Part shown: piece after piece, positions 16,361 to 26,702 of the stretch | Position numbering within the stretch: position 1 is the first letter of the stretch | Layout of the letters: every line of letters begins with the position of its first letter | From: a virus | Taxonomy: Duplodnaviria > Heunggongvirae > Uroviricota > Caudoviricetes | Reading direction: 5' to 3' (one strand) | Length of the DNA: 64,000 bases | Virus record (IMG/VR): IMGVR_UViG_3300010429_001387 | Location: 1-64,000 of that record | Notes under the pieces: generated by a model | Told to the model about the DNA's origin: nothing | Seen by the model: the letters and a program-made list of their open reading frames with translations, nothing else | Databases searched by the model: none | Made by a program: the position numbers and the translations under genes

Positions 16361-19300
16361 TTATGATATGACTATAAAACGGTGCATATCGGTAGCGAAC
16401 CACTGTCTGTTTGAATTAGGAATTTCTTTTGACTCAATCAGAATACGATCCTTTTCAACCTTTCGGACCACACCTTCTTCAATCACTGGATAGAAATTAC
16501 GAGACAGCATGACTTGAACTGTATCATTCTCTTTAATTTCTACATCAACTGGCTTGGTCTTGTTCAATCCTAAGATTAAATTAGCAATTTGAACAGATTC
16601 GTCAGATTCTTCAACAACAGGAGCAGTTACAACTTCTTCAACTTTGCTCTCATCAACCTTAGATTCCTTTGCAGCCTTAGAAATCTTAATTGATGGATAC
16701 TTAGCATGCACTGCGGAAGCAACTTTCTTTTTCATAGTATCTAAACTCCCTGTATACCATTTAGGTGCTGAACTATATTGATTTACACGAGCTAATGCAT
16801 TGCGAGCTTGTCCAATGTTGTTAATTGGAAAATGATCTTTGTCATCTTTTACTGACTTAGATCCAGCTGGGAATACAACATTGCCACGATTGCGAACTTC
16901 TGCTTTAGGATCCTTTTTAGCTTCTTCAACAGTTTCTGATTCTTTCATTTTACATTCATCTTCTTCGTATTCAGCTTCCTCATTATCAATATTAGCGTAA
17001 TATTCCTCTTCATCCTCACCCTCTTCCTCATCTCCATCTCGTGTATTAACTACAACACGTCGACCATCTGTATTAACCGAAAATTCACCGTTTTCGGCTT
17101 CAAACCGTAAATTGTTTTGTACATCAAAAACTCGACCCATACTTTCGGCTTCTTTTCGATCAACTTTCCACATGGATTCAGGAACAATTCCTAAAACACC
17201 TGCATCAACCCCATATCGAATACCATCTGATCCTTTATACTCCCCATCACCATACGCTGTGCCTGCAACTGCAAATTTACCTTCAGGAGAATCATACACT
17301 CCATCATTAAAATCACATTTATCTCCCCAAAAACCATGATACATCTCATCTTTCATAACATAACAAATATCCCCGAAGTAATACACACCAGGCTCAAATG
17401 TTGTTGCAACAACTTCTTCAGGCTTATAGGCTTCTTTGAGATGTGTTTTGTGATTACCAGCTTTTCGATTCTCTTTCATTTCATTGATTTTAGATTCCCG
17501 CATCAATGAAACTCCCTTAGGCAACAGAGCATTAACCGCTTTAATATCCTTAACTCCCTTTAATTCAAAACCAGCATCAGTTTGTCGAGCACTTTTAACT
17601 AATCTTCGATTAACAATTTGCTGGACAGCTGCAGCAATAGCTTCTACATCTCCAGCTTTTGCATCTGGAGAATCTGGAATGTGATAATTGGCTTCTTCAA
17701 CAGTTTCTTCTTTTACACATTCCTCAGTTGGCTCGTCAATTTCTTCTTCATGGGTACGATCCCCAGGTTCATCACAAGCACCCTTTTCCATACGATCCAG
17801 GTGTGTGTAATATTGAGGATCTTCTGCTAGATGATCCATGGCAATCTCTTTAGCAAGTTCAGGTGTGTTAGTATGTTCTAACTCAACCTTGATTCCCATC
17901 TGCAATTGTTCGGGATCAAATTCATCTTCGGCTCGATTGTCTGCTAATCCACCTGAGAGAATGTCTTTGTGATCTTCCTTTACACATTCCTCATCCTCTG
18001 ATTTACGCATACCTGGCAATCCAGCTTTTCGCCTGGCTGAAGCTTTATATGGACCAGTACCATCTCGTTTGCCTGGAGACTCATAACCTTCGTTCTTCTT
18101 GGACTCACCAATCTTAACAATCTTAGTAACCTTTTCCACACCTTTCTTACGAGCCATCATCTGCTTAGCATCATCTTCATCAAATGCTTCGACTCGCATT
18201 TTCTTTTCGACACCATCCACAACAAATGTAACTTCATACACGTGTTTGATGACGCCATAGTCTTCTTCTTGTATATTAGATTCTGCTAATTCAATCTCGT
18301 CATCTGCTAAATTTAATTCACGTCCATCATCAAATTTAACAAAATAAACACCTTCATCTTCATTATCTTTTCGAATTGAGGTTGCTATCCCAACCTTTCC
18401 AACATAATTTTTTGCCCAACGAGGCAATGGTTCATCATGCCCATGCATTTTCTCACCAGTAAACCTAACTCGTTTTCCTCGATAATCAATCCCTTCTTCT
18501 TCCATGAGTGTCTTAATTACTTTCTCTTCATTGTCATCTTTGTTAGGGACTTTACCTTCCATTGTTTCTTCCGACATACCAGCAGCTTCTTGAGCTTTCT
18601 TCAAGAGCTCTTCCTCTTCAGGCTCCAGCATACCTTTGCTTTTCATCTTCATAAGATGTGTTACTAATTGTGTGGCGAAGTATTTATTACCCTCTTCTTG
18701 AGATGCTGGTGCAAAATCTTCACCAAACTCATTGACTTTGGATTCATTAAAATCAGACATATCTAAATCATTTCGAACCTCATAATGAATTAATTTTTGG
18801 ATGCCTGGGATTACATTGTTTCTTATCTTTTGTTTAACCTCAGATAATTTTTCTTCTACAACATATTCAGTTGACCCTGCACCTGTCGACATGAAATGAA
18901 ATCCTAATTTTTCTCTCATTATCTTATCGAGAGTTGGGTCTTCATTGAATGCCTCTTCATCAACTGAAATTAAAACAACTGTTTCTTGGACTTTGGATTC
19001 ATTCTTAGATTCCACCGTCCGCTGTGCAACCAATTCAACATAATCTTGTTCATCAAGATGGGATATGGTTTCCAATGCTAATTCTTTAATACCCTCATCA
19101 GTCATGCGACCTTCATTTGCACCAAATAGATGTGCAAAGTCTGCAGTGAATCGATATTCTTTGTCATTGATTCGAAGCTTAATCCTCTTTTCTGTTTCGT
19201 CTAAAAGTTCAATATCAAATTCGTTTCCCTTTTCATCCTTGATGAGAGTTTCAGACAATTTCTTTTTCATATCTCCATCCTTAGATTCCATTGGTTTGGT

Positions 19301-20101
19301 TTTTGGCTTAGCAGGTTCAGTTGGCTCAGGAGCAGGAAGTTCTTCTTCCTCTTCTTCACCACCCATAAACTCTTCAGGCTCTTCCTCTTCAGGTTCAATT
19401 TCTTCTTCCTCTTCATCTTCAGGAAGGATGTATTGTAACACAACAGATCTTTCTAATTGTGCAATATCAACTTCTTGGATGACCTTGTCGATAAATGTTT
19501 CAACATTTGTTGGATCCAGATCATGTTCCTTAGCTGAATAAACCGGATCTCCTTCTTGATTAACTAATTGGAGATCGGTGACTTCAGCTTCTTCAGATCT
19601 GTCAACAACAAGATAATAATGAACATCATCTGTATGTCCAATGTAGATCTTATCGAAATCGATTTCAGCTGGTTCTTCTTCCTCTTCAGGCTCATCGGTT
19701 AGCTCAGGATTAGGCTGTTCCTCTTCCCCTGGCGTGATCTCTTTGTCTGCTTTGGGTTGGAAGGCTTTGTCGAATTCTTTGTCCTTTGGATCCTCAGGAG
19801 CTTCCATTAAAGTCTTAATTACTTTCTCTTCATTGTCATCTTTGTTAGGGACTTTGCCTTCAGCTTTAACTTTAGCTAAGTTCCTACGGAGAAGTTCAGC
19901 TTCTACTTCTCTCTTGTCATGCTCATATGTTTCGTATCGTTTACCTGTAGGATCTTTATATCCTTCATCCATTTCTTTGTAGAAAGCAATTAGTTCTTGA
20001 TCTCCCATTTCGTAAATGTGACAAACACATTCGTGCATGGGAATATCTCGCATGAAATTATCTTTGTTGTCTACAAATTCGCGAATCCAATCACGCTTCA
20101 T
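16361..20101 (-). CDS. Giant acidic protein (1246 aa); candidate internal head or ejected protein
   Basis: Poly-Glu tracts and two copies of 'EGKVPNKDDNEEKVIKTLME'. A C-terminal 'GIKVELEHT...AMDHLAEDPQYY' domain is present. It lies upstream of the head genes. Confidence 0.55.
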   Translation of the reverse strand: MKRDWIREFVDNKDNFMRDIPMHECVCHIYEMGDQELIAFYKEMDEGYKDPTGKRYETYEHDKREVEAELLRRNLAKVKAEGKVPNKDDNEEKVIKTLMEAPEDPKDKEFDKAFQPKADKEITPGEEEQPNPELTDEPEEEEEPAEIDFDKIYIGHTDDVHYYLVVDRSEEAEVTDLQLVNQEGDPVYSAKEHDLDPTNVETFIDKVIQEVDIAQLERSVVLQYILPEDEEEEEIEPEEEEPEEFMGGEEEEEELPAPEPTEPAKPKTKPMESKDGDMKKKLSETLIKDEKGNEFDIELLDETEKRIKLRINDKEYRFTADFAHLFGANEGRMTDEGIKELALETISHLDEQDYVELVAQRTVESKNESKVQETVVLISVDEEAFNEDPTLDKIMREKLGFHFMSTGAGSTEYVVEEKLSEVKQKIRNNVIPGIQKLIHYEVRNDLDMSDFNESKVNEFGEDFAPASQEEGNKYFATQLVTHLMKMKSKGMLEPEEEELLKKAQEAAGMSEETMEGKVPNKDDNEEKVIKTLMEEEGIDYRGKRVRFTGEKMHGHDEPLPRWAKNYVGKVGIATSIRKDNEDEGVYFVKFDDGRELNLADDEIELAESNIQEEDYGVIKHVYEVTFVVDGVEKKMRVEAFDEDDAKQMMARKKGVEKVTKIVKIGESKKNEGYESPGKRDGTGPYKASARRKAGLPGMRKSEDEECVKEDHKDILSGGLADNRAEDEFDPEQLQMGIKVELEHTNTPELAKEIAMDHLAEDPQYYTHLDRMEKGACDEPGDRTHEEEIDEPTEECVKEETVEEANYHIPDSPDAKAGDVEAIAAAVQQIVNRRLVKSARQTDAGFELKGVKDIKAVNALLPKGVSLMRESKINEMKENRKAGNHKTHLKEAYKPEEVVATTFEPGVYYFGDICYVMKDEMYHGFWGDKCDFNDGVYDSPEGKFAVAGTAYGDGEYKGSDGIRYGVDAGVLGIVPESMWKVDRKEAESMGRVFDVQNNLRFEAENGEFSVNTDGRRVVVNTRDGDEEEGEDEEEYYANIDNEEAEYEEDECKMKESETVEEAKKDPKAEVRNRGNVVFPAGSKSVKDDKDHFPINNIGQARNALARVNQYSSAPKWYTGSLDTMKKKVASAVHAKYPSIKISKAAKESKVDESKVEEVVTAPVVEESDESVQIANLILGLNKTKPVDVEIKENDTVQVMLSRNFYPVIEEGVVRKVEKDRILIESKEIPNSNRQWFATDMHRFIVIS

Positions 20102-20116
20102 GAATTAAACTCCATT

Positions 20117-20872
20117 TTATTCACCATACATATCTTTACCTTTTTTAAATGTGGAAAAAGGCACATTTATACTTTTCAATAACACACTATTGAAATCTTG
20201 ATTTAAAAGATCATCTTTTTCATTATATATTTCTATGTATGTAGAATCTTTTATATTTGGTAGTGCTAAAATTCCGATTTTCGCATTTCTTGTTAATTTC
20301 ATAATCTTATATGGTTTTTCGTGAACGCCTCTTTCCCAAAATTCAAGATTAATTTTTAGTGGTTGTTTTAAAATTAAAACATAAAAATAATATCCATGGC
20401 GTTGTTTTTCTTCCCAGTATGTCGTATTTAATGACCCCAAACACCATCTTGTTCCACGACAAAACCATTGAGATGCTTTGTAATCAAAGATATTGTAAAT
20501 ACTACAATATTCATTATCAAAAACTAGTTGACTTCCCGCTTCTTGATGCTTTTTAGCTGGAGTTTGTTTTATATCTTTCAAAAGATTTTTTAATTGATCT
20601 GCATCAAATTGATAAATGTCGGTTTGTCCAGGTTGTAATAATTTGTGTTTTAGAAATAAATCGAAGTCATTGATTAGCTTAATTACATCTTCTGTTGAAG
20701 CACCATTTACAATTTCTCGGGCCATCCATTCTGTATATTTATTAGAATTTGTAAAATCTGCATTAACTATTTCTTCGAATGTTTCCGCATCAATTTTATC
20801 AGCATATTTCTTTCGAGCTGATGCATATCCTTCTTCTATTTGACACAACATTTCAAAAAGCTTTTCAAACAT
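20117..20872 (-). CDS. Hypothetical protein of the 'TxWC' family (paralog of 2399..3022)
   Basis: Contains 'ASQWFCRGTRWCLGSLNTTYWEE'. The N-terminal region is also similar to the paralog. Confidence 0.55.
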   Translation of the reverse strand: MFEKLFEMLCQIEEGYASARKKYADKIDAETFEEIVNADFTNSNKYTEWMAREIVNGASTEDVIKLINDFDLFLKHKLLQPGQTDIYQFDADQLKNLLKDIKQTPAKKHQEAGSQLVFDNEYCSIYNIFDYKASQWFCRGTRWCLGSLNTTYWEEKQRHGYYFYVLILKQPLKINLEFWERGVHEKPYKIMKLTRNAKIGILALPNIKDSTYIEIYNEKDDLLNQDFNSVLLKSINVPFSTFKKGKDMYGE

Positions 20873-20874
20873 AA

Positions 20875-21198
20875 TTAAAACCCAAAAACAGATCCCACCT
20901 TAGCCTCAAAAGTGGATTCTACATCATCACTTGCAGCAGGCACACTTCCTGCTTGCAGATAAATCGTGATTTCATAGGTGCTAGAAGGGAAATCTTCAGG
21001 AATGATAACAGGATACTGCCCATTCATTTGAGCATCAGACATCTCAATTGCAGAATTAACCCAAGTTGTGTCTATGGCAAAAGCTTCAGCAACTGTATCC
21101 CAAATGTAATTATCTGCTCTGCGAACAATTCGAAAATAGTAAGTGTTACCTGTGTAACCTTGAGCATCAAAGAAAATACGATCGATATAAGCATCCAT
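20875..21198 (-). CDS. Hypothetical protein (107 aa)
   Basis: ORF on the coding strand. Confidence 0.45.
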   Translation of the reverse strand: MDAYIDRIFFDAQGYTGNTYYFRIVRRADNYIWDTVAEAFAIDTTWVNSAIEMSDAQMNGQYPVIIPEDFPSSTYEITIYLQAGSVPAASDDVESTFEAKVGSVFGF

Positions 21199-21213
21199 GC
21201 AAGATTCTCCTGT

Positions 21214-21447
21214 TTAAGACATTTTTACAATAGCTAAAATTAAACCAACAATTGCCGAAAGCATTGCGGTGTATGTTGCTATTCTTAAGAGTTTATGTTC
21301 ATGCAGATGATCATTAACATTGGATATTACAATATCCAATTTAGTTTGTGTGACATTACTTTCCGCACTCAAATTAGATAAATCTTCTTTGATGTCTTTT
21401 AACTGAGTTTTAACATCATCCAGTACCACACGATCTTCCTTGTTCAT
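21214..21447 (-). CDS. Small membrane protein (77 aa)
   Basis: C-terminal hydrophobic helix 'LLRIATYTAMLSAIVGLILAIV'. Confidence 0.4.
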   Translation of the reverse strand: MNKEDRVVLDDVKTQLKDIKEDLSNLSAESNVTQTKLDIVISNVNDHLHEHKLLRIATYTAMLSAIVGLILAIVKMS

Positions 21448-21698
21448 GGATTCTGATCTCCCTCATCATGATGTTGTTTGTTTAACATTGCCTCTAAATT
21501 TGCTTTTTCGCGTTGTGTGGATTCTAAATCAAACATAATGTGTTTGACATTGATTCGAAGAAAATCTAAAAGATCATTTAATGTTGTAAAAGAAGGTTCC
21601 TTAATTTTACAATCTGCTAAACACCCACATGTTATTTTGAAGATCTCGTCTGCTTTGAATGTCACTTCCAACAATTGTTTCTGTTCTTCTTTAGTCAT
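21444..21698 (-). CDS. Hypothetical protein (84 aa)
   Basis: ORF that overlaps the stop and start of its neighbours. Confidence 0.4.
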   Translation of the reverse strand: MTKEEQKQLLEVTFKADEIFKITCGCLADCKIKEPSFTTLNDLLDFLRINVKHIMFDLESTQREKANLEAMLNKQHHDEGDQNP

Positions 21699-21709
21699 GG
21701 GATGTTTCC

Positions 21710-21994
21710 CTAATGATTTAGAATATTGCCACTTGAGGAACTTTTTCTTTTAATAACATAGAAATTCTGAGATGTTGTTTTAACACTGTCCTCATAAAAT
21801 AATCCAACCCATATTCCTAACATATCAAAAACAATATCTAAATAATACAATCCTTGTCCTGCTTCTTGAAGAGTTATTAGTGATGTCCACACAATTGCAG
21901 GATTAAGAAATTTACCTTGCACTAATATATTTTCTTGGAAACCCTTGGATCTATAAAAGATTCGGTTGGACCCAAGAGCATATTGCTCAGCCAT
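21710..21994 (-). CDS. Hypothetical protein (94 aa)
   Basis: ORF on the coding strand. Confidence 0.4.
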   Translation of the reverse strand: MAEQYALGSNRIFYRSKGFQENILVQGKFLNPAIVWTSLITLQEAGQGLYYLDIVFDMLGIWVGLFYEDSVKTTSQNFYVIKRKSSSSGNILNH

Positions 21995-22395
21995 TAGCTA
22001 ACCATCGGTGGAGTATCAATTGAAGAGACTTTAGTATCAATAACATCAATTTTAGAATCAATCGTTGTAACATCACCTTGGAGACTATTAACATCATCAC
22101 CAACACTTTGCATGTTATGAGATCCAACAGAATATCTCTTAACTACTTGTCCTGATCCATCCTGTTTATGAATTAAGACAACCCACTCACCAACATCATC
22201 AGGAGTAAATGTACCAACATAAACCCCTGTTGTTCCTCGTTCGGTTAAGGTTACATCTGGGAAGTTAATGATGTCTTTAAGTCCAGTTGGAAGATAGATT
22301 TCAGCAATTACAGTTGCTCCTGTTTCTTTGTTTGGGGCCTGATACACAATTGTTGCAGCATTGTTAACTTTAAAATTCTTTTCAGACATAATCAC
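21994..22395 (-). CDS. Hypothetical tail-associated protein (133 aa)
   Basis: Lies immediately downstream of the tail fibre gene. It is Ser/Thr/Val-rich. Confidence 0.4.
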   Translation of the reverse strand: MIMSEKNFKVNNAATIVYQAPNKETGATVIAEIYLPTGLKDIINFPDVTLTERGTTGVYVGTFTPDDVGEWVVLIHKQDGSGQVVKRYSVGSHNMQSVGDDVNSLQGDVTTIDSKIDVIDTKVSSIDTPPMVS

Positions 22396-22560
22396 TCTCC
22401 TTGTGCTGGTGGATATTTTGTTATAAAATATTGTTGAAGCTTGATCATTTTTCGAAGATGTCTATTAACTCGTTTTAATTCTAAGAATATTAAGAGATCA
22501 ATTGTTGGTCGTTTTAATTTAGATTTTGAATTACAATTATTCTTATTTTGTTGTGGCATA

Positions 22561-24672
22561 TTAATTGTTTATAAGATTATCTCCTGTTGCAATTCCATCA
22601 TTAAATATGTTGGGAGATTTATCCTTTTTGTTTTGAGCAAATGTTCCTGTATATTCTGTTCCATTTGCTCCATACCCTATACCATCAACAACATTGGATG
22701 CTCCAGGAAGAACATCTGTTCCAGAGAATTCAATTCCACCAGCACCATAGCTAGTCCCAGTTCTTACTTTTCCAACTACAGGAAGTTTTAACATTCCTAT
22801 CTTTTCGGCGAATTGATAATCCACACCATCCCGAACATCAGCTTCATCGGGATAATCACCATCTTTTGTCCAGGCAAAGTAGACATCACCACTGGCTCTC
22901 TTGGCTGTTAGACGAACCCACACAAGTTTAGGAATTGAACCAGTATTCTTATAAGATACGACAACTTCTTGCCACCCTGTTTCGGTTCCACTTACAATAT
23001 CAGAATCCAATGAAGTGTAACTACTTGATACAATAGGATCGCTTCCCTGGTCAATAATCTCCAATCTTGGAGGATAAGTCGAATGGTCATCTGCAATCTT
23101 AATATACCCACGAACTCGCAAAGTCTCCCCAGGCATTATAGTAACTGGTTCCTGATAGAAACCATGAAATGTCGCCGACTCGCAAGTTAATTTTAATCCC
23201 TGTGTATATCCTGTAGGAACAGTAATGGTTTCACTCTCCGTAATTCCACCCTTAGAAAGTGTTTTGATAGCAGAAGCCGTACCATCCACTCCATGCCAGA
23301 GAACATAACCGTTCGCAAGAGTCCATTCGTTGTTGTAATCAACGAACTCGGTAGCCCCCAAGAGAGATACATCGGTCAATGTGACAAAGGGACACCGGCG
23401 AAATGCTGTTGTATCATTGCTTGTGGTGTTCGAGCAGGTGACGGTGCAGTTGTTGAACCCATTGTTATTCCCGCTGCTTGTGCCTCCGCTCCAGGTGACG
23501 GTGCACGTATAGAATCCATTGCTATTCCCGCTACTTGTGCCTCCGCTCCAGGTGACGGTGCACGTATGGAATCCATTGCTATTCCCGCTACTTGTGCCGC
23601 CAGACCAGATGACTGTGCAAAGATAAAACCCGGTACTATTCCCACTGCCTGTACCTCCAGTCCATGTGACGGAGCAGAGATTGAATGTGTTGGTATTTCC
23701 GGCACTTGTGCCATTAGACCATATAACACCACAGGTATGGAATACACTGTTGTTCCCGCTACTTGTACCACCAGACCAAGTAACAGTGGAGTTATGAAAC
23801 CCTCTTGACCAACCAGAGGCCCATCCGCTCGTCGGACCAACGCCATAATACCCACCATCTACAGTCAATCCCGTACAGGCATCAAACCCAAATCCCTGTC
23901 CTGCTGTAGCACAGTACATCCAAGCATCGACTCTGGCATTAACAGCATTAGCAATACACTTTTGAGACGATCCAGACCCACCTATGATCTTAACGTTTCG
24001 TGTGGCAAGAGCAATTATACAAGGATAGTTCCCCGCTGTTTTTGCGGCAGTCAATCCAGCCGTAACAGTGATAGTGGAAGCAGCAATTCCCCCAGCAGCA
24101 ATAACACGAGTTTCATGTTCCTGTGCCTTTTGTAAATCACAAATTGAAACCGTATCACCAGCAGCCCAGATGTCCCCAGTGACATTTGTGTCTACGCTCA
24201 ATTCAGTCTGACCTATAGCTTCGTCAGCGGACAATCGAATAATAGGATTAGCTGGTTCGGCACAGAGAATCTTAATATCGAGATACGTTCCGTCGATATA
24301 ACCTGTCGTCATACACTCAATAGTCACTTTACTGGCAAACGGATGTCGAGTATCTCCAGTGGCCCAGGCTCCATCGGAATTGCACAACAATCTGCCTTTG
24401 GTGGCAGCATTTGTCCCATTAATAGTAGTTCCTGTTTTGATCTTAAGATGCTTAGTCGTAGCTCCAACATTGAAGAATAACATCCCTGGTGTGGTTGCAT
24501 GGCTGGTAATAGTCAATCCTGCAATACCATTAGCAAAACCCGATTGATCTACATCGAATTCCACCGAATGACCTGCAGCAATGACAACTGTGTCATTATC
24601 AGCAGGGACACCTGTGTCCCAAGTACCGGCAACAGACCACTTACCTGATCCTATAGAAGTTATCGTAGCCAT
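22561..24672 (-). CDS. Tail fibre/tailspike protein with a tandem repeat array
   Basis: 703 aa and Gly/Thr/Ser-rich. It has at least six tandem 22-aa repeats 'TWSGGTSSGNSNGF(Y/H)TCTV', encoded by 66-bp DNA repeats at about 23390-23800. Confidence 0.55.
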   Translation of the reverse strand: MATITSIGSGKWSVAGTWDTGVPADNDTVVIAAGHSVEFDVDQSGFANGIAGLTITSHATTPGMLFFNVGATTKHLKIKTGTTINGTNAATKGRLLCNSDGAWATGDTRHPFASKVTIECMTTGYIDGTYLDIKILCAEPANPIIRLSADEAIGQTELSVDTNVTGDIWAAGDTVSICDLQKAQEHETRVIAAGGIAASTITVTAGLTAAKTAGNYPCIIALATRNVKIIGGSGSSQKCIANAVNARVDAWMYCATAGQGFGFDACTGLTVDGGYYGVGPTSGWASGWSRGFHNSTVTWSGGTSSGNNSVFHTCGVIWSNGTSAGNTNTFNLCSVTWTGGTGSGNSTGFYLCTVIWSGGTSSGNSNGFHTCTVTWSGGTSSGNSNGFYTCTVTWSGGTSSGNNNGFNNCTVTCSNTTSNDTTAFRRCPFVTLTDVSLLGATEFVDYNNEWTLANGYVLWHGVDGTASAIKTLSKGGITESETITVPTGYTQGLKLTCESATFHGFYQEPVTIMPGETLRVRGYIKIADDHSTYPPRLEIIDQGSDPIVSSSYTSLDSDIVSGTETGWQEVVVSYKNTGSIPKLVWVRLTAKRASGDVYFAWTKDGDYPDEADVRDGVDYQFAEKIGMLKLPVVGKVRTGTSYGAGGIEFSGTDVLPGASNVVDGIGYGANGTEYTGTFAQNKKDKSPNIFNDGIATGDNLINN
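23390..23800. repeat. Tandem repeats of about 66 bp inside the tail fibre gene
   Basis: Repeated 'ccgctccaggtgacggtgcacgtatagaatccattgctattcccgctacttgtgcctc' units. They create mirror-image spurious ORFs on both strands. Confidence 0.75.
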
Positions 24673-24947
24673 TAAACAACTCCACCTTCCACAGTAATCA
24701 CCAATTTTCTACGTAAAACTTCGGCAACAAGATCAGCATCTGAGCAATTCATCAAAATCTGAATCACGGGATCAGGCTCAGGAGTATGTGTCAGATCATA
24801 CCACTGCAATGCATAAGCAATCCAATCATCATCAGTTACATATGTTCCCAACGGAGCGTTCATTGCCGCTGTGCAACCGTCAGCAAAACGAAAATAGGCA
24901 TAATCTGAATTATTCCAAGTATATCGTCTTATCAGTTCTACAGTCAT
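24672..24947 (-). CDS. Hypothetical protein (91 aa)
   Basis: ORF. Its C-terminus 'EVLRRKLVITVEGGVV' resembles the downstream paralog's 'EVKKRNIQLYVRGEAK'. Confidence 0.4.
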   Translation of the reverse strand: MTVELIRRYTWNNSDYAYFRFADGCTAAMNAPLGTYVTDDDWIAYALQWYDLTHTPEPDPVIQILMNCSDADLVAEVLRRKLVITVEGGVV

Positions 24948-25192
24948 TTTGCTTCCCCTCTTACATAAAGTTGTATGTTACGTTTCTTTACTTCTGCTAC
25001 CAATTCATCATCTGTTAACCCAGAAATATTAGTCTTTGGCTCTTCAGGTGTCTTTAATGCCAATTCCCGAAGATTATTAACCACTGATTCTACATCTTTA
25101 TCCTGACACTTTAGGGGAACTCGACCCAGGACATCATCCTCAATTACAACGTAATGATGATTATTCCAGTCATATGATTTTATGATCTTCAT
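24944..25192 (-). CDS. Hypothetical protein (82 aa), paralog of 24672..24947
   Basis: Shared '...DDELVAEV(K/L)(K/R)R' motif. The gene ends overlap. Confidence 0.4.
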   Translation of the reverse strand: MKIIKSYDWNNHHYVVIEDDVLGRVPLKCQDKDVESVVNNLRELALKTPEEPKTNISGLTDDELVAEVKKRNIQLYVRGEAK

Positions 25193-25348
25193 TTAGATCA
25201 CCTTATTAGATTTTTAGAAACAATCACATCACCAACAACATTAACCAATACAACACAATCTTTGATAACCTTTGGTAGATAAGAATTCGTGATTGCAGTC
25301 TTTCTCATTTCACCAAGAATTCTTGTTGTTAAATCAAGTTTGCTCATG

Positions 25349-25795
25349 TTACCATTCTTCCTCTTCTGGCAACTCATCCTTTTTCATTTTACATTCGACT
25401 TCAGGTTCATCTTCTGGACCAACCATTTCTTCTTTTGGCTCTTCCAGATTGCCTTCAAGATTTCCCGAAGCTGCATCAATATTAGCATCAACAGTGTTCA
25501 TAAGATATGTTTCAATATGTTCTTCTTCAATCTGATCCACCAAAATATGAAACAAATCTATCGTTGCCTCTTTGAATCGATCAAGAGCCTCAAGTCCTTC
25601 ACCATCATTTGTCAACTCTTCAATCTTATCAAACACTTCTCTTGGAAGATCGCCAGTTTTGTGTTCTGGCTCATCGACCCCCTGGACTGGAGTATCTGGT
25701 GTATCCGAAACTGGCGATTCCTCGTCTCGTGCCATTTCTTCTTGAACCACTTTATTTACATTTTCAAACAACTTTTCATAGTTAGCTCTGGTCAT
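25349..25795 (-). CDS. Acidic hypothetical protein (148 aa)
   Basis: D/E-rich ORF. Confidence 0.45.
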   Translation of the reverse strand: MTRANYEKLFENVNKVVQEEMARDEESPVSDTPDTPVQGVDEPEHKTGDLPREVFDKIEELTNDGEGLEALDRFKEATIDLFHILVDQIEEEHIETYLMNTVDANIDAASGNLEGNLEEPKEEMVGPEDEPEVECKMKKDELPEEEEW

Positions 25796-25933
25796 CCGTG
25801 ATCTCCTTTTTGATTTGGTCTACTAAATATATTTGAAAATCCTCTTTTTCGACACCTTGATTTATAAGACTCATTTTCATGCTTTTAACAGCTAATCTAA
25901 AATTCTGTTTCTGCTCTTTACACAATCGACTTT

Positions 25934-26125
25934 CTATTCTACACCAAACTTCTTTGGATAAAGATCCTGTTTCAAATTCCATTTTCTCTTTTCCTCGTTA
26001 TTAGCTTTTCTTTTGATGGGTCCTTGTTCACCCTGGCAGTACTCACATATCCAGTATTCACTATCTTTCGATAGTGTCATCTCGCTATTACAACTGCCAC
26101 ATTTTGGCGATTTAAACGTTTTCAC
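25934..26125 (-). CDS. Small zinc-ribbon protein (63 aa)
   Basis: Contains 'CGSCNSEMT...WICEYCQGE' (CxxC...CxxC). Confidence 0.35.
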   Translation of the reverse strand: MKTFKSPKCGSCNSEMTLSKDSEYWICEYCQGEQGPIKRKANNEEKRKWNLKQDLYPKKFGVE

Positions 26126-26158
26126 TTCTATTCTCCTCTTTACTAGCTTTTCGATTTG

Positions 26159-26578
26159 TTAGCTGGGGTTTTCCATCATCTGATAACATATCTCATTTTG
26201 TCTTTCTAACAGTTGAGGCAACAACATTGCATATTCAAAATTACCATGTTCACATTCTATTGCTACATGAGTTATCAGAGATGAATATCCAATTAGCTTT
26301 CTAAGATTCGATGTGTGTGTATCATGGATTTCTTTTAATGTTTTAAATACCGATTTGGTTTTCAACTTATTAATTAGGTTTATTAAAAGTTCCTGATTAG
26401 AAGGCACATTTTTAACCAGATTTTGAGCTTCATCCAATTTGCCCTCGTTTAATAGATAAATGGATCTATTAAGGATACTGGTTAAGGCTTGATTATGTTT
26501 ATAAAACTTTTTTAAGTCATTTATTTGGATTTGGAGTTCTAGAGGAGTCATTGATTCTTCCTTGAAGTTAAATATCAT
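26159..26578 (-). CDS. Hypothetical protein (139 aa)
   Basis: ORF on the coding strand. Confidence 0.45.
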   Translation of the reverse strand: MIFNFKEESMTPLELQIQINDLKKFYKHNQALTSILNRSIYLLNEGKLDEAQNLVKNVPSNQELLINLINKLKTKSVFKTLKEIHDTHTSNLRKLIGYSSLITHVAIECEHGNFEYAMLLPQLLERQNEICYQMMENPS

Positions 26579-26702
26579 TCATTTATTGCGTCCAAAACTT
26601 CTAATGCTTGAATAATAACATCAACTTCTTCTTGGCTAATATCTATATGATCGTTAGGACCAAGATTATTGAAATATTGAATTAGTTCTCTCAGATTCAT
26701 TT

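Noticed and set aside
19065-19541. Plus-strand Ser-rich ORF of 158 aa inside the giant gene
   Set aside because: It is the antisense of the poly-Glu (GAA/GAG-rich) coding region, and its low-complexity Ser/Phe runs come from the reverse complement.
23293-23858. Long ORFs on the plus strand (23293..23808) and in another minus-strand frame (23376..23858) inside the tail fibre gene
   Set aside because: They are artefacts of the 66-bp tandem repeats: low-complexity Ala/Pro/Gly translations that mirror the real repeat frame. The 703-aa frame is the coherent one.
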